Shown piece by piece: positions 61,538 to 64,000 of a stretch of DNA of 64,000 nucleotides. The stretch lies in NCBI GenBank assembly GCA_963662315.1, contig OY759353.1:1344001-1408000 (forward strand), read 5' to 3'. The notes beneath the pieces were generated by a model. The model was not told the origin of the DNA, searched no databases, and saw only the letters and a list, made by a program, of their open reading frames with translations. The translations under genes and the position numbers were made by a program. Within the stretch, counting starts at the first letter, position 1; the number at the start of each line of letters is the position of its first letter. Origin of the DNA: Geopsychrobacteraceae bacterium. Its GTDB lineage: Bacteria > Desulfobacterota > Desulfuromonadia > Desulfuromonadales > Geopsychrobacteraceae.

Positions 61538-62593
61538 ATGACAGATATCTCTACAAGCTATATGGGACTTGCGCTGAAAAGTCCAGTGGTCGTTGCCAGC
61601 AGCAGCAAAACCGGCTCTATTGCAGGAATCAAAGAATGTGCAGAGGCTGGCGCCGGCGCAATCGTACTGAAATCCCTTTTTGAGGAACAAATTGTTGCCG
61701 AAACCAACAAGCTCAGCGCTCATGCTGAAGATTATTCAGGTTATGGCGAAGCTTACCAGTACCTGCAGGGCTATGGTGAACAGCTCGGGCCACAGCAATA
61801 CCTGCAACTGGTCAAAGATGCCAAAGCCGCTGTCGATGTACCGATTATTGCCAGTTTGAACTGCATTTCAGGTGACAGCTGGGCCAGCTATGCCAAAAAA
61901 CTTGAATCTGCAGGTGCCGACGGCATTGAACTGAATGTCAGCATGATGCCAACCGACCCCAATGTTCCCGGTCTCGACATCGTCGACAGTTACCTGAAAA
62001 TATTATACGAAGTTAAGCAGCAGGTAAAAATTCCTGTTGCCATGAAGGTTGGCCCTTACTTTACCTCATTCGCCAATTTTGCCGACCGTCTGACCCGCGA
62101 CCGAGCCGAAGCGCCCGCCTACAGCGTCGGTTGGCTTGGCAAAGATACCGAACCTGGTCAGATTGTCTGGAAAGGTGCTGATGCGCTGGTTCTGTTCAAC
62201 CGCTTTTACAAGCTGGATATCGATATCGATCAACAAAAATTGGTGGCCGGAAATCCTTACAGCCACTCGGCCGAAAACAGCGAAGTGCTACGCTGGCTGA
62301 CCATTCTGGCCGGCAAGACGTGTGATCTCGCCGCTTCTACGGGTATCCACAATGGCAGCGATGCCATTAAGGCGTTGCTTGCCGGAGCAAAAGTCGTTCA
62401 AGTATGTTCGACCCTGTTCCTTAACGGTGCTCAGCAGATCAAGGTCATCGAAGACGAACTCAAAGCCTGGATGAATAAGCATGGCTATGCAAAACTTTGT
62501 GATTTCCGGGGCCAATTGAGCCAGGCGAAGAGTGAGAAGCCCAAGGATCACGAGCGTTTGCAGTACGTTAAATTATTTGTTGGTATAGACTGA
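61538..62593 (+). CDS. Dihydroorotate dehydrogenase-like FMN protein
   Basis: YMGLALKSP, GAIVLKSLFEEQI, PIIASLN, LVLFNRF; ATG 61538 after AAGGAG. Confidence 0.88.
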   Translation: MTDISTSYMGLALKSPVVVASSSKTGSIAGIKECAEAGAGAIVLKSLFEEQIVAETNKLSAHAEDYSGYGEAYQYLQGYGEQLGPQQYLQLVKDAKAAVDVPIIASLNCISGDSWASYAKKLESAGADGIELNVSMMPTDPNVPGLDIVDSYLKILYEVKQQVKIPVAMKVGPYFTSFANFADRLTRDRAEAPAYSVGWLGKDTEPGQIVWKGADALVLFNRFYKLDIDIDQQKLVAGNPYSHSAENSEVLRWLTILAGKTCDLAASTGIHNGSDAIKALLAGAKVVQVCSTLFLNGAQQIKVIEDELKAWMNKHGYAKLCDFRGQLSQAKSEKPKDHERLQYVKLFVGID

Positions 62594-62627
62594 TAAGGTA
62601 TATTCAACAATTCGTCAGCTATTTTTA

Positions 62628-62654
62628 TCGGCCTCTGTTATTTGCAGAGGCCGA
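62628..62654 (+). terminator. Hairpin between the DHOD-like gene and ilvA
   Basis: TCGGCCTCTGT-tattt-GCAGAGGCCGA. Confidence 0.55.
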
Positions 62655-62681
62655 ATAGCTTTATAAGGAATAATCGGATTC

Positions 62682-64000
62682 ATGAAAGATATGTTGCGTC
62701 ACATTCTGACTTCACGCGTTTATGAGGCGGCTATAGAAACTCCCCTGGATGAGGCAGCCAATCTTTCTCATGAGCTAGGCAATCGGATTTTACTTAAACG
62801 TGAAGACCTGCAACCGGTCTTTTCCTTCAAGATACGCGGGGCATACAACAAAATTGCCCACCTGTCTAAAGCGGAACAAGCCAAAGGCGTCATAGCCGCA
62901 TCAGCAGGCAATCACGCTCAAGGGGTTGCCTTTTCAGCCCAGAAACTGGGGCTGAAAGCCCTTATAGTCATGCCCGCCACAACCCCGCAGATCAAAATTG
63001 ACGCCGTCAAATCGTTTGGGGCCGAAGTCGTCCTGCATGGAGACAATTACTCTGAAGCGGCCAAGCATTGTGATGAAATCCTGGCAAAAACAGGCATGAC
63101 TTATATTCACCCCTTCGATGACCTGCTGGTCATCGCCGGACAGGGGACGGTTGCCGTAGAACTGCTCAGACAAAGCAACGGGATGATAGATGCCGTATTT
63201 GTACCGGTCGGCGGGGGTGGACTGATCTCTGGGATTGCGACTTACCTGAAATCATTACTTCCTGAGATAAAAATCATTGGTGTAGAACCGGTTGACAGTG
63301 ACGCCATGTATCAGTCATTGCAAACAGGCGAGCGGGTCAACCTGGCTTCCGTAGGTATTTTTGCAGATGGGGTAGCCGTACGTCAGGTCGGAGAGTTGAC
63401 CTATCAATTTTGTCGTGAATATGTTGACGATATTATCCGTGTCAGCACTGATGAACTGTGTGGCGCCATCAAGACCATTTATCAGGACACCAGGTCAATT
63501 GTTGAACCAGCGGGAGCTCTCGCTGTCGCGGGGCTGAAACAGTACGTTAAACTGCATAAGCTGAAAAATCAGACACTGATTGCCATAAATTCCGGGGCCA
63601 ACATGAATTTCGAGAGGCTGCGCTATGTCTCGGAACGGACGATGACAGGCTCTGGAAAAGAAGCCCTATTTGCCGTATCCATTCCAGAACAGCCAGGATC
63701 TCTCCGTTATTTCTGCACCCACATCCTTGATGGCCTCAACATCACAGAATTTAATTATCGCTTGGCTGACCGCACCCAGGCCCAGCTGTTTGTCGGGATT
63801 TCAATCGGTCATGAACAGGAACGGACCAATTTCATGGCGCGCCTTGAAAAAGAGGGATATCACAGCGTCGATCTGACCGAAAATGAACTGGCCAAAACCC
63901 ACTTGCGCTACATGGTTGGTGGTCGCTCTGCAGAAGCACATCGAGAGCGTTTATTCCGCTTCCGCTTTCCAGAACGGCCAGGAGCATTATCGCGCTTCCT
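62682..64000 (+). CDS. ilvA: Biosynthetic threonine ammonia-lyase (runs off window)
   Basis: Hand translation: MKDMLRHILTSRVYE...LLKREDLQPVFSFKIRGAYN, SAGNHAQG, PVGGGGL, RYMVGG. Confidence 0.95.
   Translation, partial: MKDMLRHILTSRVYEAAIETPLDEAANLSHELGNRILLKREDLQPVFSFKIRGAYNKIAHLSKAEQAKGVIAASAGNHAQGVAFSAQKLGLKALIVMPATTPQIKIDAVKSFGAEVVLHGDNYSEAAKHCDEILAKTGMTYIHPFDDLLVIAGQGTVAVELLRQSNGMIDAVFVPVGGGGLISGIATYLKSLLPEIKIIGVEPVDSDAMYQSLQTGERVNLASVGIFADGVAVRQVGELTYQFCREYVDDIIRVSTDELCGAIKTIYQDTRSIVEPAGALAVAGLKQYVKLHKLKNQTLIAINSGANMNFERLRYVSERTMTGSGKEALFAVSIPEQPGSLRYFCTHILDGLNITEFNYRLADRTQAQLFVGISIGHEQERTNFMARLEKEGYHSVDLTENELAKTHLRYMVGGRSAEAHRERLFRFRFPERPGALSRF

Overview
Mostly minus-strand core chromosome from a Desulfuromonadales-type deltaproteobacterium (inferred from gene content and order). 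Bases 1-32.3 kb hold a nearly complete type IVa pilus supercluster. In transcription order it runs: sensor kinase, fimU-pilW-pilV-pilX-ORF-pilY1, ribF-aroE, pilB-pilT-pilC-pilS-pilR, a decayed HEPN/MNT toxin-antitoxin cassette bracketed by inverted nonamer repeats, two tandem long pilins, a pilH/I/G(xap)-like ABC module, pilD, an HTH gene, pilMNOPQ, aroB and a TPR gene. Next come a short plus-strand cluster (ferredoxin, lipoprotein, HD protein, DedA) and an intact IS256-family element with an 8-bp target duplication. A TCA block follows (acnB, FKBP, korDABC, mdh, icd), in which the acnB and icd promoters share a 15-bp palindromic operator. The remainder is housekeeping: LysM lipoprotein, aspS, hisS, REC-GGDEF, comEC, fbp, EI24/CysZ, epimerase, pepN, a Lar-like small protein, dcd, DUF2007, a DHOD-like protein and a partial ilvA. 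I saw no tRNA, rRNA or CRISPR array. Family assignments come from motif recognition, not database searches.
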